A DNA stretch of 64,000 nucleotides. It comes from Clostridia bacterium. Its GTDB lineage: Bacteria > Bacillota > Clostridia > TANB77 > CAG-508. Shown here in pieces: positions 31,501 through 39,942 of the stretch; position 1 is the first letter of the stretch; each line of letters begins with the position of its first letter. The position numbers and the translations under genes were made by a program. The stretch covers positions 66,499 through 130,498 of the forward strand of contig JAFWYK010000010.1 of assembly GCA_017517685.1 (NCBI GenBank), in the 5' to 3' direction. The notes beneath the pieces were generated by a model that saw only the letters and a list, made by a program, of their open reading frames with translations, was not told where the DNA came from and searched no databases.

Positions 31501-32010
31501 TCTGAAGAAGAAATTCAAAAAGCTGCAAAAAAATCTGAAAAAGAAAATCAAAAAGAGATTAAAGAAAGAGAAAAAGAAACTAAGATATACGCTCAAACAA
31601 ACATGACAAGTGCTTTAAAATTAAAAACAAAAGCTGATTTAATAGCTAATGAAAGAAAAATTAGAGTTGAACATGCAGAAGCTAGTATTCTTAGATTTTC
31701 AAATCGATTATTTAATAGAAGCGATGATTCACTTCCAGATTGGATGCTTTCAGTAGTAGATTTTGGAGTAGGAGCTACTATGACAGTTAGAAATGCATTT
31801 GATAGATGGATTCATGGTGAAGATAAATACGATGCAGAGTTAGAAGCTGTTAAGAATTCTCAAGTAGTCGTAACAAAAGAAGGGCCAAGAATGGAAGGTA
31901 GATCAAATCAATATAGAGTTGAACCAGCTGAAATTTCAGCTAACAAACCAAAAGTAAAAAATAGAAGAGTGAGACCAACAAATAATGATAAAGATCTAGA
32001 AGATAGATAA
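28528..32010 (+). CDS. LRR / transglutaminase-like (Cys-His-Asp) / long K,E-rich coiled-coil protein
   Basis: 1160 aa. N-terminal LRR-like units. GQCVCAGYAETLRNALALVGIRARYIRG...RHAWTHVEL...WYLADLTWD (nt 30106-30297) fits the transglutaminase-like core C..[FY]A...GI.AR..G...HAW..V...W..D. The C-terminal ~500 aa are charged helix with internal repeats. Confidence 0.75.
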   Translation: MNVNLKSKELISLFQNNGILTPSIAQKRANNIEINLTGPVSNELIEDIKQIAYEFPNLLRHITVKNNTDKPIDMQKLVDAIGEEKRFNSRFKKFISFKVESTHREDFNLDYGNLTHVDGIALTNTDPNAIASLNLATYRLPQGTKDLTLDGFDLSTIDLNLAKIKSLTLSGSRNVGFSRMMGKDGLTSLYAMRRQLDSEVRDIIDFANNSRNLHTFGLSDVNLQGMKILEVLRNPGLAAIVLNRVGLNSLDGLEFWNGKLDRLSVINNQLGISDLERLNEFRRVNNETYVSLGGNSGIVTHFRSLSTEDFSPQTTRSIADSFTNEVKDMPNRTNTLTYLAGNKYMPYSIYDAERVRGQAKITLNPMFIERMSDLESFDFNQPHLAGGTLLLTVEQVERMIALNKQIPMNISIGIKNASELSSEKLQEIYQKVKITDIRMIGSDISDNQRDPYTPIEYVRARELLDEVVSGIDPKESDIDKFTTIYTRLAKTMTYDYSAIKSDTAAQMRHSSKVSNTSRNLIGGLSSGQCVCAGYAETLRNALALVGIRARYIRGKCYDDPDYTSRHAWTHVELANSKGEKKWYLADLTWDSQEATRAGDRANYRYMLIGEPDFRKDHQVTYTKYMHQSSVEAFDRDELRRAMDKANGRFLNPRVSLKKRMEEREKARKLEEQKRKEAEEKKRQEELKKKSEEERKKEEEKRKALLEKVSYEGLADLKGKRDKIKTELDSIYALLRQVKDLPHEKQVDYRNRAQKIEEEITKMNSDIETYKDQLYTKEMKAQNEDKARLEELMKQKEEQEKAAAKKETKKQELPKPRPVVEVNKDFLDAAKNARIAMLESMIANREAVLIGYGDKAHQNREIELAEWKKELSDLKTGKIYDSLVETAKKNEIEDLKQRIANREAMIAGRGDSLNPIRFTELEEWKKRLGLLEGNETVQGETVKEEPKPEAPVIDPMLLQEIAGLEKRIKEREARMATLTEREVTVFERFELKSEEEIQKAAKKSEKENQKEIKEREKETKIYAQTNMTSALKLKTKADLIANERKIRVEHAEASILRFSNRLFNRSDDSLPDWMLSVVDFGVGATMTVRNAFDRWIHGEDKYDAELEAVKNSQVVVTKEGPRMEGRSNQYRVEPAEISANKPKVKNRRVRPTNNDKDLEDR

Positions 32011-32017
32011 AAAATTA

Positions 32018-32049
32018 AGCACTTAAATTAAATTTTAAGTGCTTTTTTC
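32018..32049 (+). terminator. Rho-independent terminator
   Basis: agcacttaaa-loop-tttaagtgct hairpin followed by T6. Confidence 0.8.
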
Positions 32050-32115
32050 TTGCTAAAAATAGATTATAATGATAGAATAAAACAAACATATTTTTGCTAT
32101 ATTAGGAGAGAAAAT

Positions 32116-34344
32116 TTGGAACTAAAAGGACATATAGAAGAGTTTATATATCAAAATGAATCAAATAGTTATTCAATTGCTGTGTTTGTACTAGAAAGTG
32201 GATTGGAAATGGTTACAGTAGTAGGATATCTTCCTTTTATTGCAGTTGGGGATACATTAAAATTAACTGGAAAAATGGTTGTTCATCAGGAATATGGTGA
32301 GCAATTTAAAATAGAAAGTTTTGAAAAATTAATGCCTGAAACTGTAGATGCTTTAGAGAAATACTTAGCGAGCGGAACTATAAAAGGAATTGGTCCTGCA
32401 ACTGCAAAAAAAATTATTGAAAAGTTTGGAGAAGAAACTTTAACAGTATTTAAATTTGAACCAATGCGACTTTCTGAAATTAAAGGAATATCAAAAGATA
32501 GAGCATATGAAATTGGTGAAGAATTTAATGAAAAATGGGAAGTTTGGCAGATTGTTAGTTTCTTAGAACAATTTGGTATAGGTGCTAATAATAGTAAAAA
32601 AGTTTATGATGCACTTGGAGTAAATGCAGTAGAAAAAATACAAGAAAATCCATATATATTAGTAGATATTGTATATGGTGTTAATTTCAATAATATTGAT
32701 AAAATAGCGATGCAAATTGGAATACCAATGGATAGTGATTATAGAATATCTAGTGGTATAAAATATGCACTTTTAGTTGCAAGTTATAATGGGAATACAT
32801 GTGTGCAAAAAGAGAATTTGGTGACATATGTAAAAAGCATTTTGGAAGTTGATGAAGCAAGAATTGAAGATTGTATTATCAACTTAAATGTAAAATCTGA
32901 GATTCATATTGTAGAAGATGAAAATTCTACATGGGTTTTCTTAGAACCATTATATAGAGCAGAAAAGAAAATTGCGGAAAGATTAGTAGCATTGAGAGAT
33001 TCTCAAAATACAAAATTTATGAGAAATTTTGAAAGAGAAATAAAGAAAAAAGAAGAAAAATTAGATATTGAATTATCAGAAAAACAATTTGATGCAATTA
33101 ATCAGATAAATGAGAATAATGTGTGTATAATTACCGGTGGACCTGGTACTGGTAAAACTACAATTATTAAATGTTTAATAGAAATTTATAAAGATCATAG
33201 AAGAAAAGTTGTGCTATGTGCTCCAACAGGAAGAGCTGCCAAAAGAATGAGTGAAACAACAGGAGAAGATGCAAAAACTATTCATAGACTTTTGGAAATA
33301 GGTAAATTTGAAGAAGATAAATTAGGAAGTATTGATACAGATGTAACACCAGTTGATGCAGATGTTTTGGTAGTAGATGAAATGTCTATGGTAGATGTAT
33401 TCTTAATGAACTACTTAGTAAAAGCTATATATCTAGGAACGAAAGTAGTTTTTGTTGGAGATCCAAATCAACTTCCATCTGTTGGACCAGGAAGTATACT
33501 TAAAGACTTAATTGATTGTGGAGAATTTAAAACTGTTCATTTAGATAAAATTTTTAGACAAGCAGCTAAAAGTAAAATAATAGTAAATGCACATAATGTA
33601 AATAATGGTATTAATTTTATTGGTAAGAATAATTATGATGAAGATTCTGAAAATGATTTCTTCTATATTAATGAGTCAAATCAAGAAAAAATGTTATATC
33701 AAGTTCTTTCATTATGTAAGGAAAGATTAAAGAATTATGGTGATTATGAATTCTTTAAAAATATACAAGTTTTAACACCTACTAAAAAAGGAAAAATGGG
33801 AACTAAAGAATTAAATAAGAGTCTACAAGAAGCTTTAAATCCTAAAGTTGATGAAATAGAAGAAAAAAATTATGGTGAATTTGTATTTAGAGAAGGCGAT
33901 AGAGTAATGCAAATTAAAAATAATTATGATATCTATTGGGAAAAGGGAAGTAGAAATGATTTAAGAACATATGAAGCAGGTACAGGTGTATTTAATGGTG
34001 AAATTGGAAGAATTGAAAAGATAGATACAAATGAAAGACAAGTTAAAGTTGAATATGATGATAAGAAAGTAGCGTGGTATGCATTTTCTGAATTAGATCA
34101 ACTTGAACATTCTTATGCAATTACAATTCATAAAGCACAAGGTAGTGAATTTGATGTTGTTATTTTAGTAGTGCCACCATCATCTAATATGCTTTTGACA
34201 AGAAATCTATTATACACAGGAATTACTAGAGCTAAAAAGTTATTAATAGTAATAGGTAATCGAAATCTAGTAGAATATATGATTAATAATTGTGATACTA
34301 AGAAAAGAAATACTGGATTAAAAATAAAATTTGAATCAATATAA
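32116..34344 (+). CDS. recD2: SF1B ATP-dependent DNA helicase RecD2
   Basis: GGPGTGKTT Walker A, VVDEMSMVD, FVGDPNQLPSVGPG and ITIHKAQGSEF motifs. Start set to TTG 32116 after SD aggagag, because the ORF-track start at 32050 overlaps the upstream terminator. Confidence 0.9.
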   Translation: MELKGHIEEFIYQNESNSYSIAVFVLESGLEMVTVVGYLPFIAVGDTLKLTGKMVVHQEYGEQFKIESFEKLMPETVDALEKYLASGTIKGIGPATAKKIIEKFGEETLTVFKFEPMRLSEIKGISKDRAYEIGEEFNEKWEVWQIVSFLEQFGIGANNSKKVYDALGVNAVEKIQENPYILVDIVYGVNFNNIDKIAMQIGIPMDSDYRISSGIKYALLVASYNGNTCVQKENLVTYVKSILEVDEARIEDCIINLNVKSEIHIVEDENSTWVFLEPLYRAEKKIAERLVALRDSQNTKFMRNFEREIKKKEEKLDIELSEKQFDAINQINENNVCIITGGPGTGKTTIIKCLIEIYKDHRRKVVLCAPTGRAAKRMSETTGEDAKTIHRLLEIGKFEEDKLGSIDTDVTPVDADVLVVDEMSMVDVFLMNYLVKAIYLGTKVVFVGDPNQLPSVGPGSILKDLIDCGEFKTVHLDKIFRQAAKSKIIVNAHNVNNGINFIGKNNYDEDSENDFFYINESNQEKMLYQVLSLCKERLKNYGDYEFFKNIQVLTPTKKGKMGTKELNKSLQEALNPKVDEIEEKNYGEFVFREGDRVMQIKNNYDIYWEKGSRNDLRTYEAGTGVFNGEIGRIEKIDTNERQVKVEYDDKKVAWYAFSELDQLEHSYAITIHKAQGSEFDVVILVVPPSSNMLLTRNLLYTGITRAKKLLIVIGNRNLVEYMINNCDTKKRNTGLKIKFESI

Positions 34345-34380
34345 GAACTCAAGACTAAATGTTTTGGGTTCTTTTTTTTT
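34344..34380 (+). terminator. Rho-independent terminator
   Basis: agaactcaa ... ttgggttct hairpin followed by T9. Confidence 0.75.
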
Positions 34381-34390
34381 GCTCATAAAA

Positions 34391-34462
34391 CGTCGAAAAG
34401 CTATTAAAATTCGACAAAACTAGATGAATTTCATCGAAGGAGAAATTAAATGTTTTTAGAAT
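34391..34462 (+). promoter_or_regulatory. candidate Spo0A boxes and sigma-H-type promoter of the spoIIA operon
   Basis: cGTCGAA (34391) and TTCGACA (34410, the reverse complement of TGTCGAA) form an inverted pair. AGGAgaa-14 nt-GAAT (34438-34462) resembles the sigma-H consensus. Confidence 0.4.
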
Positions 34463-34495
34463 ATTATAAAAGTAAAAACAAAAGAGGAGGTTATT

Positions 34496-34846
34496 ATGAT
34501 AGTTAAACATTTTATTGAGGACAAACTGTTAGTTTTTGAAGTAATAGAAGAAATTGATCATCATCAAGTTGAAAAAATAAGAGATAGAGCAGATTATGAA
34601 ATTCAAAGATTAATGCCAAAGAAAGTTGTATTTGATTTTAAAGGAGTAAGATTTATGGATAGTGCAGGAATTGGATTTATACTTGGTAGATATAAAACAA
34701 TAAATGTATATGGCGGAAAAGTAGAAATTATAAATGTTAACGAAAAAATAAAAAGAATATTTAATATGGCTGGTATTTCAAAAATAATAGAAATTAAAGA
34801 TGATTCATTAAATGATAATTTGAATAGTTTAAAACAAATAAGTTAA
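34496..34846 (+). CDS. spoIIAA: anti-sigma-F factor antagonist SpoIIAA (STAS domain)
   Basis: 116 aa. FMDSAGIGFILGRYK carries the phosphorylatable Ser context. Operon position. Confidence 0.85.
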   Translation: MIVKHFIEDKLLVFEVIEEIDHHQVEKIRDRADYEIQRLMPKKVVFDFKGVRFMDSAGIGFILGRYKTINVYGGKVEIINVNEKIKRIFNMAGISKIIEIKDDSLNDNLNSLKQIS

Positions 34847-34861
34847 AAGGAGAAAATACAT

Positions 34862-35284
34862 ATGAAAAATGAAATGAAATTAGAATTTTTAAGTAAGTCA
34901 AGTAATGAGGCATTTGCAAGGATTGCAGTAGCAGCTTTTGTTTCACAACTTGATCCTACAATTGAAGAAATCGCAGATATAAAGACAGTTGTTTCTGAAG
35001 CTGTAACAAATGCCATAATACATGCTTATCCAAATAGAGATGATGGAATTGTTAAAATAAAGGCATCTATTATAAATGATGAGATTGAAATTGAAATATC
35101 TGATACGGGAGCTGGAATTGAAAATGTTGAAGAAGCTAAAAAACCATTATTTACAACTAAATGTAATTTAGAAAGATCGGGAATGGGATTTGCTATTATG
35201 GAAAGTTTTATGGATGAATTAAAAGTTGAATCAATTTTAGGATTGGGAACTAAAATTACGATGACTAAGAAAATAAAAAAATAA
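34862..35284 (+). CDS. spoIIAB: anti-sigma-F factor / serine kinase SpoIIAB
   Basis: 140 aa. HATPase motifs [13 protein letters not shown] and DTGAGIEN...ERSGMGF. Confidence 0.9.
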   Translation: MKNEMKLEFLSKSSNEAFARIAVAAFVSQLDPTIEEIADIKTVVSEAVTNAIIHAYPNRDDGIVKIKASIINDEIEIEISDTGAGIENVEEAKKPLFTTKCNLERSGMGFAIMESFMDELKVESILGLGTKITMTKKIKK

Positions 35285-35324
35285 ATAATTAACTAACTAA
35301 AGATAAAGTCTAAAGGAGGACAAG

Positions 35325-36039
35325 ATGCGAAAGTATAATGAAGATCTTGTTAGACAAGCTAAGATGGGTGATAACGATAAAATGATGCAAATATTAGAAG
35401 AGAATAGACGGTTTAATATGGAATACGGTAAGAAGATTTGCATATAGAGGTTATGATAAAGAAGATTTATATCAAATTGCATGTATTGGATTCATAGAGG
35501 CTGTGAAAAGGTTTGATTTTACTTTTAATGTTGAATTGTCTACATACTCAGTTCAATACATGCTAGGTGAAATAAAGAAATTTTTAAGGGATGATGGAAT
35601 GATAAAAGTTAGTAGAGATGTGAAAGAATTGGGGATAAAGATAAAAGAACTTGAAAGAATTTATTTAGTAAAAACAGGTGAAAGTTTGGATATAAATAGA
35701 ATATCAAAAATTTTGGAAATGCCTAAAGAAACGATTGTTTATGCAAAAGAAGCGTCCAAAACAGTTGAATCTATTAATGAAAAAGTAGGAGATGAAGGTA
35801 GCGAACTTATTGATATGTTAGCCTCTAAAGATGATGAGCAATCCAAAATTGTAGATAGAATAGCGGTTTTTGATTTGATAGAAAAATTAGATTTTAGAGA
35901 AAAAGAAATAATAAAGTTAAGATATTTTAAAGATAAGACTCAAACACAAGTTGCGAAAATATTGGGGATTTCTCAAGTTCATGTTTCAAGGATAGAGAAG
36001 AAAATATTAAATGATTTTAAAGATAAACTTATTGTTTAA
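35325..36039 (+). pseudogene. sigF: sporulation sigma factor SigF, frameshifted as sequenced
   Basis: ATG 35325 (SD aaaggagga) reads MRKYNEDLVRQAKMGDNDKMMQILEENRR, then hits TAG at 35445. The conserved region 2 (LIWNTVRRFAYRGYDKEDLYQIACIGFIEAVKRFD...) continues in the +1 frame from 35413. Removing one T from TTT 35412-35414 restores a 237-aa SigF. Confidence 0.8.
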
Positions 36040-36050
36040 GGAGCTTTTTT

Positions 36051-37010
36051 ATGAAAAAAGTAATGTTTTATATTTTGTTTGTTATTTTTTTAATAATCGT
36101 TTTGCCAATTGTTTTTACTAAAAGGTTTGAGACTGAAGAAGTAAGTAAAATTAATCCTTATGATTATGGAGACTATAGTAAAATTAGTCTTTTACATGTT
36201 CAAACTGGAGCTATAGAAGAGTTAACCCTTGATGAATATCTTTATGGAGTTGTAGCAAGTGAGATGCCAGCGAGTTTTGAAGTTGAAGCTTTAAAAGCAC
36301 AAAGTGTAGTAGCTAGAACTTATACAATTTATCAAATGAAAAATAGTGATAAGCATAAAGAAGCAGATTTATGCGATAGTTCGCTTTGCTGTCAAGCATG
36401 GATGACAAAAGAAAATAGATTTTCAAGATGGGAAGATGATAAAGAAAACGAGTATTGGAATAAAATTGTGAAAGCTGTAAATGATACTAAAGGTAAAATT
36501 ATTTTTTATAATGATGAACCAATAAATGCATTATTTCATAGTAATAGTGGTGGAATAACAGAACTTGCAATAAATGTTTGGGGTGGAGATTATCCGTATC
36601 TTCAAATTGTAGAAACAGCAGGAGAAGATGCTTATACTTCATTTAAATCAGAAGTGAAGATTTCAAAGGATCAACTTGTTGAAATTATGAATTCAAAATA
36701 TACAGATTTTTCAATAGATTTTTATAAAGATGATTATATTAAGATTAATAGTTATACGAATTCAAAAAGAGTTTCTAAAATTAAAATAGGAAATAAAGAA
36801 TTAACAGGAGTAGAAGCGAGAAATCTTTTGGGCTTAAAATCAACGCAATTTGATTTTAAGATTGAAGGAGATGATATATTTTTTTCAGTTATAGGTTATG
36901 GTCATGGTGTTGGTTTTAGTCAATGCGGTGGAGATGTGCTTGCAAAGCTGGGAAAATCGTATGAAGAAATAATTAAATATTATTATAAAGATGTAAGTAT
37001 ACATGAATAA
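36051..37010 (+). CDS. spoIID: stage II sporulation protein D (SpoIID)
   Basis: EALKAQSVVARTY, CDSSLCCQAW and SNSGGITE motifs of the SpoIID family. N-terminal TM anchor. Confidence 0.9.
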   Translation: MKKVMFYILFVIFLIIVLPIVFTKRFETEEVSKINPYDYGDYSKISLLHVQTGAIEELTLDEYLYGVVASEMPASFEVEALKAQSVVARTYTIYQMKNSDKHKEADLCDSSLCCQAWMTKENRFSRWEDDKENEYWNKIVKAVNDTKGKIIFYNDEPINALFHSNSGGITELAINVWGGDYPYLQIVETAGEDAYTSFKSEVKISKDQLVEIMNSKYTDFSIDFYKDDYIKINSYTNSKRVSKIKIGNKELTGVEARNLLGLKSTQFDFKIEGDDIFFSVIGYGHGVGFSQCGGDVLAKLGKSYEEIIKYYYKDVSIHE

Positions 37011-37062
37011 TTTTGAAAAATATGCAAATACTTATATTAATTTTTAATAATTGGAGGAAATT

Positions 37063-37881
37063 ATGGGAAAACATTTAAGTGATGAAAGAGATTCTAAAAG
37101 TTTGATATATGTATTTGGCGGTACACTTTTGATATCGATTGTTTTATTCTTTTCGGTATTTAATATATATGATAGTGAACAAAAGCAAGAAGCTCAAAAA
37201 GCGTTGTTAGGTTTACAGATGCAAAATTCTATTGTATCCAATGATGAATTAAAACAAGTAAGTTATTCTGATGATAAGACTGTATCATCAAGTATAAATG
37301 TTAATGTGGTAAATAATGCTTCTAAAAATCAAAATAAAGTAAGCAAAATGCCGGTTGAAGCTAAAGTTACTAAAAAGAATATAAGTAATACTATAAAAAA
37401 TGAAACAAGTAATACTGTACAGAATACTACAGCAAATATTGTTGATAATAATCAACTTGTTGAAACTAAAGAAGAATTAAAATTTATTGCTCCAGTATCA
37501 GGAGAAATATCAAAAGATTTTGCTAAAGATACATTAATATTTTCAAATACATTAGAAGAATGGACTACTCATTTAGGAATTGATATTAAAGCAGATAAAA
37601 CAACGATAGTAGTTGCTTCTGAAAAAGGTGTAGTTGAGAGTATAAAAAATGATCCGAGATTTGGGTTAACAGTAGTAATAAAACATTCAGGTGGATTTAA
37701 AACAGTATATTCTAATCTTTTAACTTCAGAATTTGTTAAAGAGGGTGAAAGTGTTGAGAAAGGACAAACTATTGGAACGGTTGGAGAAAGTGCTAGTTTT
37801 GAAATTGCAGAAGAAGCACATCTTCATTTCGAAATGTATAAAGACGGAGAGGTTTTAAACCCTACAATATATTTGAAATAA
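37063..37881 (+). CDS. membrane-anchored M23/LytM peptidase-domain protein, SpoIIQ-like
   Basis: HLGIDI ... HLHFEM M23 metal-binding motifs. N-terminal TM. Lies directly after spoIID, as in C. difficile spoIID-spoIIQ. ATG 37063 follows SD ggagga. Confidence 0.65.
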   Translation: MGKHLSDERDSKSLIYVFGGTLLISIVLFFSVFNIYDSEQKQEAQKALLGLQMQNSIVSNDELKQVSYSDDKTVSSSINVNVVNNASKNQNKVSKMPVEAKVTKKNISNTIKNETSNTVQNTTANIVDNNQLVETKEELKFIAPVSGEISKDFAKDTLIFSNTLEEWTTHLGIDIKADKTTIVVASEKGVVESIKNDPRFGLTVVIKHSGGFKTVYSNLLTSEFVKEGESVEKGQTIGTVGESASFEIAEEAHLHFEMYKDGEVLNPTIYLK

Positions 37882-37904
37882 GCACTAAAAAATAGTGCTT
37901 TTTC
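37881..37904 (+). terminator. Rho-independent terminator
   Basis: agcacta-aaaaa-tagtgct hairpin followed by a T-run. Confidence 0.7.
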
Positions 37905-37983
37905 TTTTATATTATATTGAAAAAAAGAATTCTATATGATAAAGTATATATATGATTTTACGGATAAATAAGGAGAATGAACA

Positions 37984-38088
37984 ATGGATAAGAAAAAATT
38001 ATTTATAAAAATTATGGCAGGATTACTTTTAGCAATGATGATTATTCCAACATTTGGAACATTATTATTTTATGTAATTGCTTTATAA
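37984..38088 (+). CDS. possible 34-aa membrane micro-protein
   Basis: My own translation gives MDKKKLFIKIMAGLLLAMMIIPTFGTLLFYVIAL. SD aaggag 8 nt upstream. Stop lies 20 nt before cdaA. Below the ORF-track size cut-off. Confidence 0.35.
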   Translation: MDKKKLFIKIMAGLLLAMMIIPTFGTLLFYVIAL

Positions 38089-38108
38089 TAAAAAATTGAG
38101 GTGAAAGT

Positions 38109-39017
38109 ATGCTTGGTAAATCATTTGAAAATTTAAATCAACAATTTATAGCTGAGTTTATACAAAAATTTACAAGTGGAGATGTAGGATTATTTACATA
38201 CTTAACAACATTTTTAGATTTAGTTATTGTTTTATTTATTTTAATAAAAGCAGTAACAATGTTAAAAAGAACAAGAGCTTGGCAATTATTTAAAGGATTA
38301 ATTGTTATAATATTAATTACTTTAATAAGTGGTGTACTAAATTTAACAATATTAAATTTTATATTAACATCAGTTATGTCATACGGAGCAATAATGCTTT
38401 TAATTGTATTTCAACCTGAACTAAGAAGAGGGCTAGAACAATTAGGAACAACAAATAGAATTAGTAGATTTTTAGGTATAGATCAAGATTTAAATGCTAA
38501 GAAGAAAGAAAATATATATAAAGTTGCGATTGCTGCAGTTGAATTATCAAAAAGAAAAATAGGAGCTTTAATTGTTATTGAAAGAGATATTAAAATTCAA
38601 GACGTTATTTCAACAGGAATTGTTATGAATTCTGAAATATCACCACAATTATTAGTTAATATTTTTGAACCAAATACACCACTTCATGATGGTGCAGTAA
38701 TAATTAGTGATAATAAGATTGCTGCTGCATCATGTATGTTACCTTTAGCTGATGATAAAGATATTGCTAGAGAACTTGGAACAAGACATAGAGCTGCAAT
38801 AGGTATATCAAAAGAAGCAGATGCTTTAGTTGTTGTTGTTTCAGAAGAAACAGGAAGAATATCAATTGCTAAAGATGGTACATTAATTGCTGATGTAAGA
38901 GAAGATGTATTAAAGAAAATATTAATTAAGAATTTAATTAATGAACCAATTCATACAACTAAACTTAGAAAAGCAGAAGATGTAATAAAAGAAAAAGAAG
39001 AAAGTCAAGATAAATAA
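38109..39017 (+). CDS. cdaA: diadenylate cyclase CdaA (DisA_N domain, membrane-bound)
   Basis: Three N-terminal TM helices. GALIVIERD, LHDGAVII, GTRHRAAIGISKEADALVVVVSEETGRIS motifs. Confidence 0.9.
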   Translation: MLGKSFENLNQQFIAEFIQKFTSGDVGLFTYLTTFLDLVIVLFILIKAVTMLKRTRAWQLFKGLIVIILITLISGVLNLTILNFILTSVMSYGAIMLLIVFQPELRRGLEQLGTTNRISRFLGIDQDLNAKKKENIYKVAIAAVELSKRKIGALIVIERDIKIQDVISTGIVMNSEISPQLLVNIFEPNTPLHDGAVIISDNKIAAASCMLPLADDKDIARELGTRHRAAIGISKEADALVVVVSEETGRISIAKDGTLIADVREDVLKKILIKNLINEPIHTTKLRKAEDVIKEKEESQDK

Positions 39018-39025
39018 AAAAGAAA

Positions 39026-39052
39026 CAGCATCCATGTGGATGCTGCTTTTTT
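39026..39052. terminator. bidirectional terminator
   Basis: cagcatcca-tg-tggatgctg hairpin with an A-run on the left and T6 on the right, between convergent cdaA and the HAD gene. Confidence 0.75.
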
Positions 39053-39055
39053 ATT

Positions 39056-39907
39056 TTAAATATATTTATAAATTGCTTCGGCGAAAGCCCCATCTGTAAC
39101 AGATGCTTTAGTAACATATTTTGCAACTTTTTTTAGTTCATCGTAGGCTTCACTAACTGCAACACCAAATCCAGAATCTCTTACCATTTCCAAATCATTT
39201 ACATTATCCCCAATTGCCATCATGTCTTTTTTATCAATATTTAAGTATTCTCCTAAGAAGTTTAATGCTTCGTTTTTGTTAATGTGAGTAGGAGAGACGT
39301 TTATATATTCATAATCTTTATTTATGATTCTATCTCTATATTTACCACGTTTGTTAATGTATGCATTATCAATGTTACTATTGATAGTTAACAATTGTTG
39401 GAAACTTTCAAGAGATGAATCTTCTGTTGTTATAACTGCTGAGAATACATCTGGTTTATTTGTTTCGATATAGTTTATAATATCTTTTACAACTTTAAAT
39501 TTTATTTCACCAGATGAGTTTTCGTTTCTAATGATAAAATTTCTTAAATCCATATATTTTAATTCTTCAGTAATTATTTCATTATCCGTATATAAATGAA
39601 TATGATAATGAAATCTTTTTGCTAAGGTAGTAACAAATAATAGATCTTTTTGAGATAGGATGTTTCTTAATAATTCTTTTCCAGTTCTTAAATCTATTAT
39701 TTGTGTACCATTACCAAATATTCCATATGTTGCATTAAATTGCTCACAAATTTTTTTTGAAACAGAATAAGACTTTCCAGTACATACTGCAAAGGGAATA
39801 TTCATGTTATGAATTTTAGATATTGCTTCAAAGTTTTTGTGTGCAATTTTGTTGTCTCTATCAATTATTGTGCCATCTAAATCGCTAGCAACTAATTTAA
39901 TATTCAT
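39056..39907 (-). CDS. Cof-type HAD-IIB family hydrolase
   Basis: LVASDLDGTIID motif I, and GDNVNDLEM motif near the C-terminus. 283 aa. Confidence 0.85.
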   Translation of the reverse strand: MNIKLVASDLDGTIIDRDNKIAHKNFEAISKIHNMNIPFAVCTGKSYSVSKKICEQFNATYGIFGNGTQIIDLRTGKELLRNILSQKDLLFVTTLAKRFHYHIHLYTDNEIITEELKYMDLRNFIIRNENSSGEIKFKVVKDIINYIETNKPDVFSAVITTEDSSLESFQQLLTINSNIDNAYINKRGKYRDRIINKDYEYINVSPTHINKNEALNFLGEYLNIDKKDMMAIGDNVNDLEMVRDSGFGVAVSEAYDELKKVAKYVTKASVTDGAFAEAIYKYI

Positions 39908-39942
39908 GTTTTATTGTTTTTCCGTTCTCATCTTATTCTAAC

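Noticed and set aside
32050-32115. N-terminal extension of recD2 given in the ORF track (TTG 32050).
   Set aside because: It starts inside the U-tract of the upstream terminator and has no SD. TTG 32116 follows SD aggagag and matches the usual RecD2 N-terminus.
35297-35482. 61-aa minus-strand ORF opposite the 5' part of sigF.
   Set aside because: It is antisense to clearly conserved sigF coding sequence and has no SD.
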